Below are positions 1 to 14,320 of a DNA stretch of 64,000 bases, one piece after another. This DNA is from Octopus vulgaris (taxonomy: Eukaryota), in contig OX597824.1 of the NCBI GenBank assembly GCA_951406725.2, forward strand, positions 67,146,001 through 67,210,000. The letters run 5' to 3'. How positions within the stretch are numbered: the stretch's first letter is position 1; every line of letters starts with the position of its first letter. Made by a program: the position numbers and the translations under genes. Under the pieces are notes generated by a model that searched no databases, was not told where the DNA came from, and worked only from the letters and a program-made list of their open reading frames with translations.

Positions 1-960
1 TAAAAAAAAGCAGATTAAAGTAAACAAATAAATATAAATATTAAGATTTTCATAGAGAGTATAGAAGGAGTTTTCACCAGTTGATTTTGTCAAATAGGTA
101 TGTGCTATGGGTGTTCAGATTGGTTTTACACTAAAACTCTGGCTTGAACTGCAACTGAAAAATGTGGTTTTAAGACTGCCTGTCAAAAGTGGCTAGAAGT
201 GGTTTCTCCTTGAGCAAATAGATATAGATTAAAGTAAAAAATGAAAAGCAAAACATTTGGCATCACTTGAAAACATCTAAATTAAGATTTTCATCTATTT
301 TATATGTATAAATATATGCATGTATGTATATCATCATCATTTAACATCCACTTTCCATGCTAGAGTCATGGGTCATGGGTGTATATGTGTTCATTTATAT
401 GCATATGTATGCTTATATATGTGTGCATGTATACATATGTTTGTTCATATATGTATGAATGTATACATATGCATGCATTTTAAGCAAGATAGTATTTCCT
501 CATGGCTAGACATGTTTTCACAGAATATTGGAAATGGATAACATTGGTTGTTTGGCAGTGATATTCATTTACAACCATTACATGCTGTCAAAACAAGAAG
601 ACACAAACACACACATCACATGATGGGCTTCTTTCAGTTTCTGTCTATCAAATTTACTAACAAGGTTTTGGTCAGCCTGGGGCTATAATTTAAGATACTT
701 GTCCAATGTGCCTTCCAGTGGAACTGAACCTGAAATCATATGGTTGGGAAGCAAACCACTCAACCACTAAGCCATGCCTATGTTTATAATAATAATTAAA
801 TAGCTGTCAGTCATCACTCACAGGGAGTAGGGAAAATGGTTTGATAACTTGTACCATGCTTTTATTGTTTTAGATGGTTATGTAGTCACATGCAAACACA
901 GACATCCTTTATGAGCACTTTTACCCTTGATGCAGATACATCTATGTTGTAAAAACTGCA

Positions 961-1017
<57 letters not shown>

Positions 1018-1954
1018 GGAGAGAGAGAGAGAATGAGAGAGGGAGAGAGACAGAGAGAGACAGAGAGGAGTGCACCAACACCCAAATGATACTCATTTAG
1101 TGCTGAGTAGATTGGAGCAAAGTGAAATGAAGTGCCTTACTCAAGGACATGATTTCCTTCAACTATGGTTTACAGAAGCTCAGTATTGACAGAACTCTGC
1201 CATCCAAATCAAGGGAAATCTGCAAAAGAAAAATTTCTCAAGTGAAACTGGTCAAACCATCATTGGCATGTCTGGACAATTAAAACTTCATTTCCATAGA
1301 CATCCTGTCCAGGAATTAATCTCATGATATTATGAGCTGAACATCCTAGCCATTATGCCACAAAGCTCTCTATTTACAACAACATAGAATTATTTAAGAA
1401 TATTCTTTAGGTATCTCTTTGAAATGATTCTTGTAAGTGAAAATACTTTAGCATTCAGATTACTCTGTCAAGTGCAATGCTTATTTATTCACATTGTTTT
1501 GAATTAATCATGCATTATGTTTGTAACTCTGAGATTTCAACGATGCAATTGTTTATTTTTAGAATAACATAATAGATTAGGTGTGAGAGGCTTGATCTGG
1601 CCTGTTTGAACATAAAGCAGATAAAATATATGGGTTGGATCCATCTGGTTTAACAGCAAAATAGATAAATTCAGTTTTGTTTCCACAGAAAGTTCTGAAC
1701 CACAATTTTTTGCTAAACTCACCAAAGGGTTTTGGGGTGGAGCTAGCAAAATTTTAAAGAAGGGTGGCTGGCAAATTTTTCATTCAATTTCTAATTAGAT
1801 TTCTTTTCAACCTGACACTAATGAGAACCCTTACTTTCCATTTGTGTTTTTCTTCAAATCTGATTGTTAAATTGCTTTTTCTTTATTTATTCTCTTTGTC
1901 TTTTTCTTGTTTTTTTTGTTTTTTTTTTGAGAAAGCAAATGAAAACAATTGTAG

Positions 1955-2270
1955 CAATGGTAGCAGCGATGATGGTGGTGGTGAGGATAATGATGGCGGT
2001 AGTGATGAAGATGATGATGGTAGTGGTGGTGATGATGATGATGGTGGTGATGATAATGATGGTAGTAGTGATGATGGTGAAGATGATGATGGTTGTGATA
2101 ATGATGGTGATAGTAGTGGTAGTGATGATGGTGATGAAGATAATGATGATAGTAGGAATGATGATGATGATGTTTAAGGTGACAGAAGTTGGTGGTGGTG
2201 ATTGATAAGGGTTTTGATGAAGGTGGGGATGAGATGAGTGATGGTAGTAGTGATGATATGATAATGATGA
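1955..2270. repeat. Degenerate (GAT/GGT)n trinucleotide tract (similar tract at 3530-3800)
   Basis: Directly visible. Confidence 0.9.
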
Positions 2271-2447
2271 TGCAATTAGAGAGATCTTTTTTGTTAAAAA
2301 ATATTTAAAGAAGTAAAACTTTAGTAAAAATAAAATTGAATAAAACAATAAGAGCAAGAATTTTAATGAATGCTCAATTTATTCTCCTTAAAATAAATGT
2401 AATTAGGCTAATAATAATTAATAATAATAATAATAATTATAATAATA

Positions 2448-3004
2448 ATTCTTTCTACTAATGGCACAAGGCCCGAAATTTTTGTGGGGAGGGGACCAGT
2501 CGATTACATTGACCCCAGTGATTCACTGGTACTTAATTTATTGACCCCGAAAGACAAAGTCGACCTCAGCGGAATTTGAACTCAGAATGTATTGGCAGAT
2601 GAAATACCACTAAGTATTTTGTCTGGTGTGCTAACAATTCTGTCAGCTCTCTGCCTTAATAATAATAATAATAATAATTCTTTCTACTAAAGGCACAAGG
2701 CCTGAAATTTGGTAGGAGGGGACAAATCAATTACATTGACCCCAGCATTTCACTGGTACTTAATTTATCGATCTCGATAGAATGAAAGGCAAAGTTGACC
2801 ACGACAGAATAATAATAATCCTTTCTACTAAAGGCATAAGGCTTGAAATTTTGGGGAAGGGGATTAGTCGATTATATAGACCCCCAAAAGGATGAAAGGC
2901 AAAGTTGACCTCAGCGGAATTTGAACCCAGAACGTAAAGATGGATGAAATGCCACTAAGCATTTTGTCCAGTGCACTAACAATTCTGCCAGCTTGCCACC
3001 TTAA

Positions 3005-3035
<31 letters not shown>

Positions 3036-3246
3036 CTTTTCTGTTAAAGGCATAAGGCCTAAAATTTGGAGAAGGGGACTATTTGGTTATATCAATTCCA
3101 ATGTTCCACTGGTACTTATTTCATCAACCCTGAAAGGACAAACGGCAAAGTCGACGAGTGGAATTTAGACTCAGAACATGAAGACAGATAAAATACCGCT
3201 AAGCATTTTCCTTGGCATGCTAACAATTCTATCACCTTGCAGCCTT
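2448..3246 (-). mobile_element. Tandem cluster of 4-5 SINE copies (family B, Meta-domain-like) with (TAA)n tails
   Basis: Repeated ctttctactaaaggcacaaggcc...gaaaggcaaagtcgacctc...gaatttgaac. Confidence 0.8.
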
Positions 3247-5375
3247 AATAATGATAAAAATAATAAGAGTAATAATAAAAATTCTTTCAATAATAATAAC
3301 GATAATGATTACTTATGTTGGAACAGGACCATAAATTTGTTGTGAAGGGAGAAGGGTGAATAGAATTGATTAAATTAACCCAGTTCATATTTATTTTATT
3401 ATTTCTTATTGGGATCAAAGTCAAAATCGACCTCAGCAATATTTGAACTTAGAATGAAAGATGAAACTAAATACTGCAAGAAATTTAGTTTGGTGCCCCA
3501 CTGTTACTGCCATTTCCGAGACTGAATAAGGATGATGATGAAGAAAATGAGGAAGAGAGTAATGGTGAGAAAGGGATGGGAGGTGTGGTGATGAAGGAGA
3601 TGATGATGTAGAGAAGAGGAGGAAGGAAAGGAAAGGCATTCATGGTGATGACAGTAGAGGGAGCAGCAGTGGTGATGGTGGTGGGTGATGATGATGATGA
3701 TGATGCTGACAATACTGATGACAATGATAATGAGGATGATGATGATGATGATAATAATGGTGATGGTAGTGGCAACAGTTGTGATGATGATGATGCTGAT
3801 AAGAAAGTCATATTTGATGGGCTTCTTTTAGTTTCTATCTACCACATCCACTCACAAGACTTTGCTTGATCTGAGGCTATAGTAGAAGACTTCTTGCCCA
3901 AGATGCCACACAGTTGGACTGAATCAGAAACCATGTGTCTGGGAAGCAGACTGTGGAAGAAAAATAAGAGACCAGAAGAGAGAGCAAGTAATGTCATGAA
4001 GAGACGGATGTGGGAGGAAATGATGTTGTCAAGAAGTGGCAGGGTCAAAATGACCTCTTTCTTATGGGGTCTGTGGCGAGGGCAAGATGTGTGTTGGGAA
4101 CCCTCATATAGTAGTAGTCCTTTCTGGCCAGTGGTTAGAGAGAGCTTACATGTGGATACAACTGTGAAGTCTTGGTTTCCTGTTATCCAATGCTTGGAGG
4201 GATTATTGCTGATTGCAACCTGAAGTAAGAGCAACCTTTATTTTGTGCCTTACACCAACACAGACTTCTTACCACACATCCATGCCTGCATCTCTACATT
4301 ATTATTTTTTTCTCAAAAGTTATAGATCTCTTACTATTGTTTATACTTAGATCAGCCCTGCTTGAGAAGAACAGTAATCAAAGGTTGTGTTTCTAGGATT
4401 TAGCAACTGAAGTTCTTTTAATAAACCTTAGTAATTCAAATGGTGCATGCACAACAATTAGAATCCTAACAATGTTTGTGCTCATACTTAATATGTTCTA
4501 GCAGATTTGAACATGAATATTTGATCAATGCTTGTTTGTCATTAGAGAATGCCTTCTCTCTTGAGATGACATGTTCATAACACACAATTCACTAGTTAGT
4601 GTATGGGGACTTCAAGACTTGCTGGTGATTTGAATTTATTGTCTGCCACCTCAGTCAAAGCTTCTCTGCTGGACTGGTGAATCTAACAATATAAGCTCTT
4701 GTTTCAAGAAATCAGCAAACAATTATTCATTAATGCACTATAATGTTTGCTAAACTGCTTAATAACTCATAGGTTGCACACAGAAAAACAAGATTCCAAA
4801 CAGTAATGGTATACATTCTGGAAAATTCAAATGTAATGATCTGATCACTGTTATTAGAGAAAACTTCCAGGGTCTATATAAAATTTTGAATAGTAAATTG
4901 GGGATTCACAAAAATGCTGCTTTAAATGTATATATTGCTATGTATTGCAAGAAACATTTTACATAGTTCAACCTATACAAGTTAATGTGTGGAAAACAAA
5001 ATCTTGAAAGAGGTTTCTATAAAACTAGTTTTTAAACATTGAATAGCTATGGGGGTCCACCAGAATAAAATAGTAATCAAAGGGGTTCATAGATAGAGAA
5101 TAGTTGAGAACCTCTACTTTAGATGATGTGTGTTCATAATACACGATTTACTGATGTAAGGAGACACTATGATGTTTTGACCTTATTGAGTGTCTCCTCA
5201 GTCAAAGCTATCCCACTGGATCAATAAATGTAATAAGAGCAATCAGATTTTCACATTCAAATTTACCAAAACATTGGTTTCAAATTTTGGCACAAGGCCA
5301 GCAAACTATAGGTCTAGATTGACAAAAGCCTTGGAAGTGGATTTAGCAAACTGAAATTGTGTATATATATATTTA

Positions 5376-5893
5376 CTGTAAATCCTCGAGTATAGTCCAC
5401 CCTTGAGTATAATATGCAGGGAATTTTTAGGGGGCTGTACTTCTGAAAAACCTAAACCTTGTGTATAATACGCACCCACTCTCTAACTTGAGTCGTCTGT
5501 AATTAAGCCAGCAGCACCTAGTTGAACAAATACTTGCACGCATGTGTAATACAATAATGGTGATGTTCTTAACTGTTATATGGGAATGTAAATGTTTGCA
5601 AATTGTTTTTGTTACGTTATTCTGTGTTCTGAATACTTTTATTTTAATAAATGTTGCTTACTGCAAGTTATGGATGATTCTTTTATGACTTCATTGCTTT
5701 CAGGCTTAGCTTAAGGTATTTTTGCACCCGACATCACAAAATGCATCTCAATAAACATTGCCGGACAGCAAATAGAGACTCGGACATTGCTTAGAAAATA
5801 TTTTTCATTTTTAACCTTGTATATAGTATGCACTAGTGATTTTGACCTTTAAATTTTGGGAAACGAATGCGGATTATACTTGAGGATTTATGG
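5376..5893. mobile_element. Tc1/mariner-pogo-type MITE
   Basis: TIRs ctgtaaatcctcgagtata / tatacttgaggatttatgg, each flanked by TA. Confidence 0.75.
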
Positions 5894-8229
5894 TATGTAG
5901 ACGGCTGGTCAGAGTGATCATGACAAACAACCTTATAAATATATTACTGTTCTAATATGCTTCTTTTCCAGATATATGAACTATTGATAGTATATATATA
6001 TATATATGTATGTATATATGTGTGTATATGTATATGTGTATGCGTATGCATGAGTTTGTGTCTGCTTGTCTTGATATCACATCATAAATGTAAACTAGTT
6101 ACTGTCATATAAGTGGTGTCCTTTATTTCCAATCTTCCATGGAAACATCTGGTCATGGGGAAATACTACTTTGCTTGAAAACATATGAAGTTTTGGTGAC
6201 AAGGGCATCCAGTTGTAGGAAATCCATCTCAATGAATACCTTGTGATCCAGGCAAGCATGGAACAGTGGACATTAAAACAATGATGATGATGCTAAAACT
6301 GTAGTCTGTTTGCTTGATTGCATTTGTAAACCTATAAATCAAAGGTCAAGCCTGGACGTATTGCATCATGCTGATTAAGCCTGAAAATTAAATTAAAGCC
6401 ACTTCATATTTCAACTTCTTTTTTTATAGCTTATAAGCCATTTTGATATCAACTCACCTGAAAATGATTCGGGTTTTATGAAACAAAATTTTTATTTTAA
6501 AATAATCTAAATTAAAACCCATCTCCAAAATTTCATGTTAATTTATGTACCAAACACCAGCTTATGCTGATATGCTTCAACACACAAATTCGCAAAGAAT
6601 CTTGCAAACCAAATAAATTCTTGATTATTTTCAAAATTAATTGAAACAGAATTTCATCAGAAATATGACAACAAAAGGATAAAGTGATCTAAATTAAAAC
6701 TTTACATCAAAACTCCAGGACTTTTTTTTTAAGATGTGGTACTTATACTATTGGCTTCTTTTGCTGAACTGCCAAGTTAGTTACGGGGACACAAACAAAC
6801 ACCAATTGTCAAGCAATGGTGGGGGTGGGGGAGGAGACAAACTACAGACACCACCTGTGTTGGTGGCATGTAATAAGCACCATTCAAGTGTGGGTCAATG
6901 CCAGTGCCACCTGACTGGCAGCACATAAAAAATACCATCCGAACATGGTCGATGCCAGTGCTCTCATGCTGGTGGCACATAAAAAACACCATCCAAATGT
7001 GGTCAATGCCAGTGGCATGTAAAAAGCACCCACTACACTTTTGGAGTGGTTGGCATTAGGAAGGGCGTCCAACTGTAGAAACCTTGCCAGATCAGATTGG
7101 AGCCTGGTGTGGCCTGCTGGCTTGCCATCCTTGGTCAAACTGTCCAACTCATGCCAGCCTGGAAAATGTACATTAAATGATGATGATGATATATATATAT
7201 ATGATGGGCTTAATTTGGTTTTGTCTCCCAAATCCACTTACAATGCTTTAGTTAGCCCGAGGCTATAATAGAAGACACTTGCCCAAGATACCACGCAATG
7301 GGACTGAACCCAAAACAATGTGGTTGGGAAGCATGCTTCTTACTATGCACCCACATTCTGATTAAACCTGAAAATAACATTAAGGCTACTTCTGTTAGTG
7401 CAATACTCAGCCGCATACATGTTAATTTAATGACTAGATTAGTTCAGTTAATTGAACAACTGGAAAGCTTATCATGGAAACTAACTGAGATGCATCAGGT
7501 TATTCCTATTTTTTTCCCTTTGATATTGACAAGATAACATAATTGCTGAGTGGCAACCAGTTACCTAGGGCAGGCTGGTCTTGTTGAACACATACCTCCC
7601 CTACAAAAAATAAAATAGAAACACAAAGGTTTTGAGAATATAGATTACAAGGACACGAACTTATATTGAGTGTGAACCATATCGTTTAATATGAGTTTCT
7701 GAATTCATGTTAGGTTTGCCCAGGATTTTTCCAAAGTAACCACTGACTGTTTCTTTTATGACCCCTTGTGATCCAATCACAACTGGTATTGTTTCTGTCT
7801 TCAGGTGCCACATCCTACTTATTTCAATTTCTAGATCTTTATACTTATCAACACTGCTGTATCACTTTTGACAAGCACCCAGTATTTCTGTGTCACAAGA
7901 TGTATGCAACGTACATTACAAACTTGTATTATATACATAGATGATAAGGTGATGAGCTGGCAGAATCATTTAGCTCATCAGGCAAAATGCTTAGCGGCAT
8001 TTAGTCTGTCTTATGTCCTGCGTTCAAAATCCACTGAGGTCGATTTTGCTTTTCATCCTTTTAGGGTTGATGTAATCGACTTGCCCCATTCCCCAAAATT
8101 GCTGGCCTTGTGTCAAAATTTGAAATCATCATAGACATAGATATTTCTATATACATCTACGTATACAGGCAGATATCTATCAATGTATACACACACTATG
8201 AGTGTGAATAATATAACATACTCAGCATA

Positions 8230-8475
8230 AGAGGAGTCCGATGTAGTATGCAAAAAAAAAAGACCGCATTTGTATGGACATATGACGCATATGGGTGAAG
8301 TCAGCTTTTATAAACAAGTGCCAATCAATGTGGCTGGATCTAATGGAAGGAGACCCAGGAAGTCACGAGACAAGGTGGTGATAGATGACCTCAAGACCTT
8401 GAATCTCACAAAGGTGATGACAAAGGGCTGGAATGACTGACGATAGATGGTTCCCAAGAAGACTCACCTACCTTG
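8230..8475 (+). mobile_element. RTE-type LINE 3' remnant
   Basis: Decayed 'R..LYGHMTHM' and 'GRRPRKS..VV.DDLKTL' motifs typical of RTE ORF C-termini. Confidence 0.5.
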
Positions 8476-11400
8476 ACAAAATTGACCTCTGGAAGAACTG
8501 TATGTATATATGCACAAACTCATTGTAAATCCCTTGCTCGAACTACTCCTCAAGACACCCGTCATCATTACTTCAGCTTTCCTTTAATACCTAAAACCAT
8601 TTCACTAGTTAGCCACAAATATTCTCTCCACCTACATTACATTGATTCATTCTTCCTCACTGAAACCTAATTCTCTCTCATTATACACTATACCTGCATC
8701 TCTTTCTCACCACCTATTCCTGCAGCTACCCCAGCCAATATTATCTCTCTTTCATCCTCCTCTCTGACAACTGTGTTATTGTTACAATCTTGCTGCTCTC
8801 ATCCACCATCAATTCATTGCAGAAAAAGTTCAGCATTTTTTTCTCAATAAAATAGTATTTAACTATTAATGGTGAGACACATATTTTCTTGGTAAACTTT
8901 CCTTTAATCCTTTTCTGCATCCCTTTATCTTTCCTAACACTATCTCCCACCCCTTCCTATATCCTATCCTAATCCTTAATTGTTGCCTGCCTCGTCTCCC
9001 ATACACTCTTGAAATCCCACCCACCCATGCTCCAAGTACTTCTGTCCTCATTAACTTCTACTAAGCTCATAACTTGAAGAGCCACCTGGACACCTCCTCA
9101 CCACTATCACACTGCAACTCTTTATCAATCATTCTCACCTAAATGCGAGTAGCTACATAGTTTTTCTACACAAAAACGGTTGCGCACCTTCCTTTCTCTC
9201 TTCCCTTAACCCCTCATCCACCCATCCCTCCCCTACCAGCATTAAGCTGACCATCCCATGGAGGGTTGTGGTCTTGCAAGCTGCATGCTGATCTCACTTG
9301 TGCTAGTGGCATGAAGAAACCACCATGTACATATTACAAATTGGTTGGTGTTAGGAAGGGCATAAAACTGTAGACAACGTGCCAAAGCAAACACTGGAGC
9401 ACAATGTAGTGCTTGGGCTCATCAGATCCTGTCAAACTGTCCAACCATTATCAGCATGGAACATGGACATTAAATGACAATGATGAGAGATAAGCAAGCA
9501 GAGAGAGAGAAATAGACAGATACACACACACATATATATTCCCATGTGTACTTACAATTGTAGAATCTCTAAATTCTAATAAAGATTCTAATAAAATTCA
9601 AAGATTTTTTTGAAAAAATATACATTTTCTTCATTTCATCTCAATGACACTGTTTTGACTTTAGACATTTTGCCTGAGCACCTTTCAAAAATTCACAGCA
9701 CCATATGTAGACTTAAGAGCTACGCATTCCAATGAAATCTTTGTGGAACCTCACCACTGTCTCATCATCTTGACATCTGCTAGGCTTTTGTATCTAAGAC
9801 CTAGGGATCATTTATATAGATTGAGTAATGTAAATTATACAACAGGAAGAGGAAAGGAACTTAGAGAGAGGAGTCTCCATTCCATCACATAGATCATATT
9901 TCAACTTCTTTTTTTATAGTTTATTAACTCTTTTGATATAAACTCACCTGGAAATGACCCTGGTTTTATGAAACAAAATTTCATTATCATCATTTAACAT
10001 CTGTGTCCATGGGTTGGACAGTTTGATTAGGGCTGGTAAGCTGAGGGCTGCACCAGACTCCAGTCTGATTTGACATGGTTTCCATAGCTGGATGATCTTC
10101 TTAATGCCAACCACTTTGAAACTTCATTTTAAAATAATCTAAATTAAAACCTACCACCAAAATTTCATGTTAATTTATGTTCCAAACACCAGCTTATACT
10201 GACGAAGAGATTTTAATAAATTCTTGATTATTTTCAAAATTAATTGAAACAAAGTTTCATCAGAAATATGATAACAGAATAATAAATTGATCTAAATTAA
10301 AACTTTACATCAACATTTCCTTTTAATTTATGTTCCATACCCCAGCTTCATGAAAAAAATTAATTGAAACAGTCAGTTTTGTTACCAGAAATGTGGTAAC
10401 AAAAAGGTTGGGAAGAAGAATAGGTGCCAGGATTTTATTTCATGGGCACTGAGCATGGTGATAATAAAGAAAGTAATATAAATCATAAAGAGTTGTCCTG
10501 AAACCAAAAGACCAGCAATAGAATCGGCACTGCTAAAAGTATGCAGGGTTAAATAATAGTGTTAAACCAGGTGTCGAGGTTTAAGAATTAGGCAGTGTAG
10601 AACAATGGCCACTAGTTCACACACACAGACAATATTTCAGAATTCAGGGATGCATGCAAAAATAAAAAAAAAGGAGAAAGTTGAAAGTGTTCATAGTAGA
10701 AAGATATAATGTGGGAGTAAAAATTCTTTTACACAAACACAAGAAGCAAAGAAAAATAATTATGAACAGTATTGTTGCTGCTGTATGCTATTGCCTTAAC
10801 TTAAAGGAAGGTATTGGAAGCCTGAACTTCAGATGATCCAAATGATATAAAGATCTCTGGATATCTGAATGGGCGGAATTCTGGTTTAATTAACCCTTAT
10901 AACCCCTCATAACATTTTTATTTTTTGTAATTTTCAGAAAATCTTGGTGAATTTGTGTTCTACACATGAGAATTCATATAATGCAAAAAAGTGTGATTTA
11001 AGGGTTATTTAGCTCTTATTTTTAGGCACATCTCAGGACCACCTGATACCTTTCTCATTTCTTTGTCACTCTGACATATTGATGTTTTTCAATATCTTTC
11101 TCCCCTGTTATTCATCACCGTTTAACATCTGCTTTCCATGCTAGCATGGGTTGGACGATTTGACTGAGGTCTGGTGTACCAGATGGCTGCACCAGGCTCC
11201 AATCTGATCTGGCAGAGTTTCTACAGCTGGATGCCCTTCCTAATGCCAACCACTCCGAGAGTGTAGTGGGTGCTTTTATGTGTCACCGGCATGAAGGCCA
11301 GTCAGGTGGTACTAGCAATGGCCACACTCAAATGGTGCTTTTTATGTGCCACCTGCACAGGAGCCAGTCCAGCGGCACTAGCAACGACCCTGCTCGAATG

Positions 11401-13646
11401 TTTTTTCATGTGCCACCAGCACAAGTGCCTGGTCTATTGCTAGAATTTAAACAAAAAGTCCAGACTGTCCTTATCTGAAACTCTGATAAAAAAAAAAATT
11501 TTTTTCCATAATCATATGAATTCCTGCATGTAGAACACAAATATGCATAAATTTTCTAAGAATTTCAAAGGAAAAATGTTACAAAGAGTTATAAGGGGTG
11601 TGCAAAGCAGATTTCCACCTCTGAATGAATACTATGTTTCTTGGTTATTAGCTGCAAAGGAAAATGAAGACAAATAACTTGGAGTGAGCACTGCAAGAGC
11701 TTGAAACATTTGTCAATCATTCATTGTTCTTGTTGTTTACAATGTAATCACACTACAGTTATCTATTCAAAGCTGTAACCACACTGCAGTATCTATTAAA
11801 GCTGTAGTTATACTACAGTATTTATTCAATCCTGTAACCAAAGTATTTCTTTTAGAGCCAAATACACAAAACCATAAGTGCCAAGTTATGTAGTTCAACA
11901 CTGGTGTCAGGTTACAAACAATAAAACTATCAGCTAGGACAATCTCAGCTATGACCTTTAAAAATATATTCTTTTATTATTTCATTGGTTTTAGTCATTA
12001 AGCTGTGGTGGCCATGCTTGGGCATCACCTTGAAGGGTGTTGTCAGTTATATCAGCTTCAGTACTTGACTGATATTTATTTTCATTGGCCATGGAATACT
12101 GAAAGGTAAAGTTGGCCCAAGCAGGATATCAACTCAGAGCTCAGATATTGTGAAACAGAACAAGGTATTTTGTCCAATGCTCTACTGGGTGTCCCATCCA
12201 CAAAAAAGAAACAAAGAAAAAGAAGAAAAACAAAAAAGACATGATTCACAAGGGGTCTGAAAGAAAATGCAATAATACCATCATTAGAAGTTGTTAAAAA
12301 GCGTAATATTATTTTTGATAAAAATGAAAGACAACTTTCAACACAGCATATAATTAGTTATTGCTATGAGTAAGTAAAAAATGAATGTATTTCTGTGTAG
12401 GAACTGTATCTGTATATCATTTAAGACTTATTTTATCTGTGTCTGTATGTAGTACTCACAACATATATGTCTATGCAAATGTACATGTGTGTGTATATAT
12501 GTGCAAGTGTGTGTGTGTGTAAAACAGCTGGCAGTGACGGTTTCTTGGCCTGTGACAATTCCCTCCAACCAAAAGCTATATTCACTGACCAACAGTAGGA
12601 GCTACAAAATAGCTTATTTTATTTTATTTTATATTGTATTACTGAACAACAACGATCGAAATGTTTGGTTCATTGTATTTCTGCTGACAAGTAACAAGGG
12701 AGATTTTGTAACTCAATGCAAAACAAATATTTCAAATTTTTTTTTCACTGATACACATTGGCATAAAATATACTTGCATAAACATACTCACACATATACA
12801 CATACATATACACACACACAAATGGAGGACTTCCACACAGTCTCCATCTACCAAATTCCACAAAGAGGTTATTAGTCAACCCAAGACCATGGTAGGAGGC
12901 ACTTGTCCAAGGTGTCATGCAGTGGGAACAGACCCAGAAGTACATGGTTGCAAAGCAAATTTTTTAAGCACAGCCATGCCTGCTGGTTACAGTTATATAA
13001 TTAAAACATTATCTGTTTTTATATCTACAGTTTTGGAAGTACAGCATCATGTCTGATGGTTGTACTGGACAGTAATGTTATCTGATGGCTTAAGCAAGCA
13101 ATGACATTCTGTTTGATGACCAAACTGACCAATGATGTCATAAGCCTACCTACTGGCCAAAATAACAGATACTTCTGCTTGTCTAATGACAAAACTAACA
13201 GGTGAGATGTTGTCATGTCTTATGTTAGACTGACCATCAACACTGACAGTGAGAGAGACAACCAAGAAAAAAAAAACTATGTTTGTTGTTGAAACAATAC
13301 AGTACTGTCACATGATATTTCCAAAAGCCATGTCTCACATGCATTGAAAGACCAACACACATATTTTTGTCATCATAACTACTTCTGCATAAATACCTCC
13401 ATCACCATTATGTTTTGAATAACCAGCTCTATAAATACATTGTGAATTCAATAGATTTTTCTGTTTTCTTTCTTTCCATGCTTCCACCCCCCACTTCATA
13501 GTTGTTCTTTTTCCCTTCTGCCATTTATTTTTCAATAGAACCAAATAAATTTTGCTGTTACAGTAGCATATCTTTTACTTTATTTTTTTCCTTGTTTTTA
13601 TCTGCACAACTTCTTGCATTGTTTGCTACCTGTCTCACAGTTGGTG

Positions 13647-14258
13647 TTATAACAAAATATCGAAAATAAATTTGAGAACATAAATAAAGAGAGCCCAGAT
13701 GAAGGACTCTACATCTTCTTCCTCCTTTTCCCATCTTTCATAACCATCATTGTCATGTTGTGTGTCTCTGATTTTTTGAGTTTTTGGCTGTGAATCTTCT
13801 GACCGGGAAGGATTCGGGTTGAAGTCCTCTGGTTCATACTCAGGAGGAACATAGCGTTCCTTAGCAGCCATTCTCTCATATTCATCTGGCTCATCGTTGT
13901 CAGTTAAATGAATAAAGGTCAGTTCATAGTGAGACTTTTCCATCAAAGGATAACCAAATACTCCGATGCTGACTGGCCGTTTGAATCGTGCTGGTATGTC
14001 CACTGATTCTTGACCACAAGTGGCTGAGTAGAGCTCAAAGTTGTCAGGGTTTGGCTTGGTTGTTTTGTCTGAAACATACAGGTCAGTATCCCCTGCCAGA
14101 GAGACAAGCAACACTCGGATCCGCCCCGACCATTTCATGTGGTGGTATGTGAGGTTTTTGCCTCCAACAGTTCCTTTTAACTTGTACAGCAGGTGCTCCC
14201 CGTTGGCACATGGTAACTTCACAGAGAGGATTAGCAATAAAATTATCAGGAATTTCAT
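13647..14258 (-). CDS. C6orf120: UPF0669 protein, C6orf120 homolog (~203 aa, single coding exon; N-terminal signal peptide, hydrophobic C-terminus)
   Basis: Uninterrupted ORF from ATG at 14258 (MKFLIILLLILSVKLPCANG, signal-peptide-like). Motifs GTVGGKNLTY, SLAGDTDLYVS, FELYSATCGQESVDIPARFKRPVSIGVFGYP and the terminal FIWALFIYVLKFIFDILL match my recollection of the UPF0669 family. A polypyrimidine tract plus AG acceptor (cttttttgtttcttctccag) sits at 14321-14340 on the minus strand. Confidence 0.9.
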   Translation of the reverse strand: MKFLIILLLILSVKLPCANGEHLLYKLKGTVGGKNLTYHHMKWSGRIRVLLVSLAGDTDLYVSDKTTKPNPDNFELYSATCGQESVDIPARFKRPVSIGVFGYPLMEKSHYELTFIHLTDNDEPDEYERMAAKERYVPPEYEPEDFNPNPSRSEDSQPKTQKIRDTQHDNDGYERWEKEEEDVESFIWALFIYVLKFIFDILL

Positions 14259-14320
14259 TCGGTCTGGCCACCACCAGTCAAATATGTACTGGGTTGGCTG
14301 TGGGAACAACAACAGGCAAT

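Noticed and set aside
1764-2357. Poly-Asp/Gly, poly-Met/Val and poly-Ile/Thr ORFs (also 3485-3869)
   Set aside because: These are (GAT/GGT)n simple repeats open in several frames, with no supported gene structure.
4150-4219. Minus-strand AG...GTAAGC 70-nt exon candidate
   Set aside because: Isolated, no recognisable product, and could arise by chance.
7805-9736. Possible plus-strand exons at 7805-7901 (ATSYLFQFLDLYTYQHCC...) and 9665-9736 (ILPEHLSKIHSTICRLKSYAFQ*)
   Set aside because: The acceptors are plausible, but the phases do not join and no homology is recognised.
14259-14312. N-terminal extension MLFPQPTQYIFDWWWPDR from the ORF track
   Set aside because: It starts at a non-ATG codon. 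The ATG at 14258 gives a proper signal peptide.
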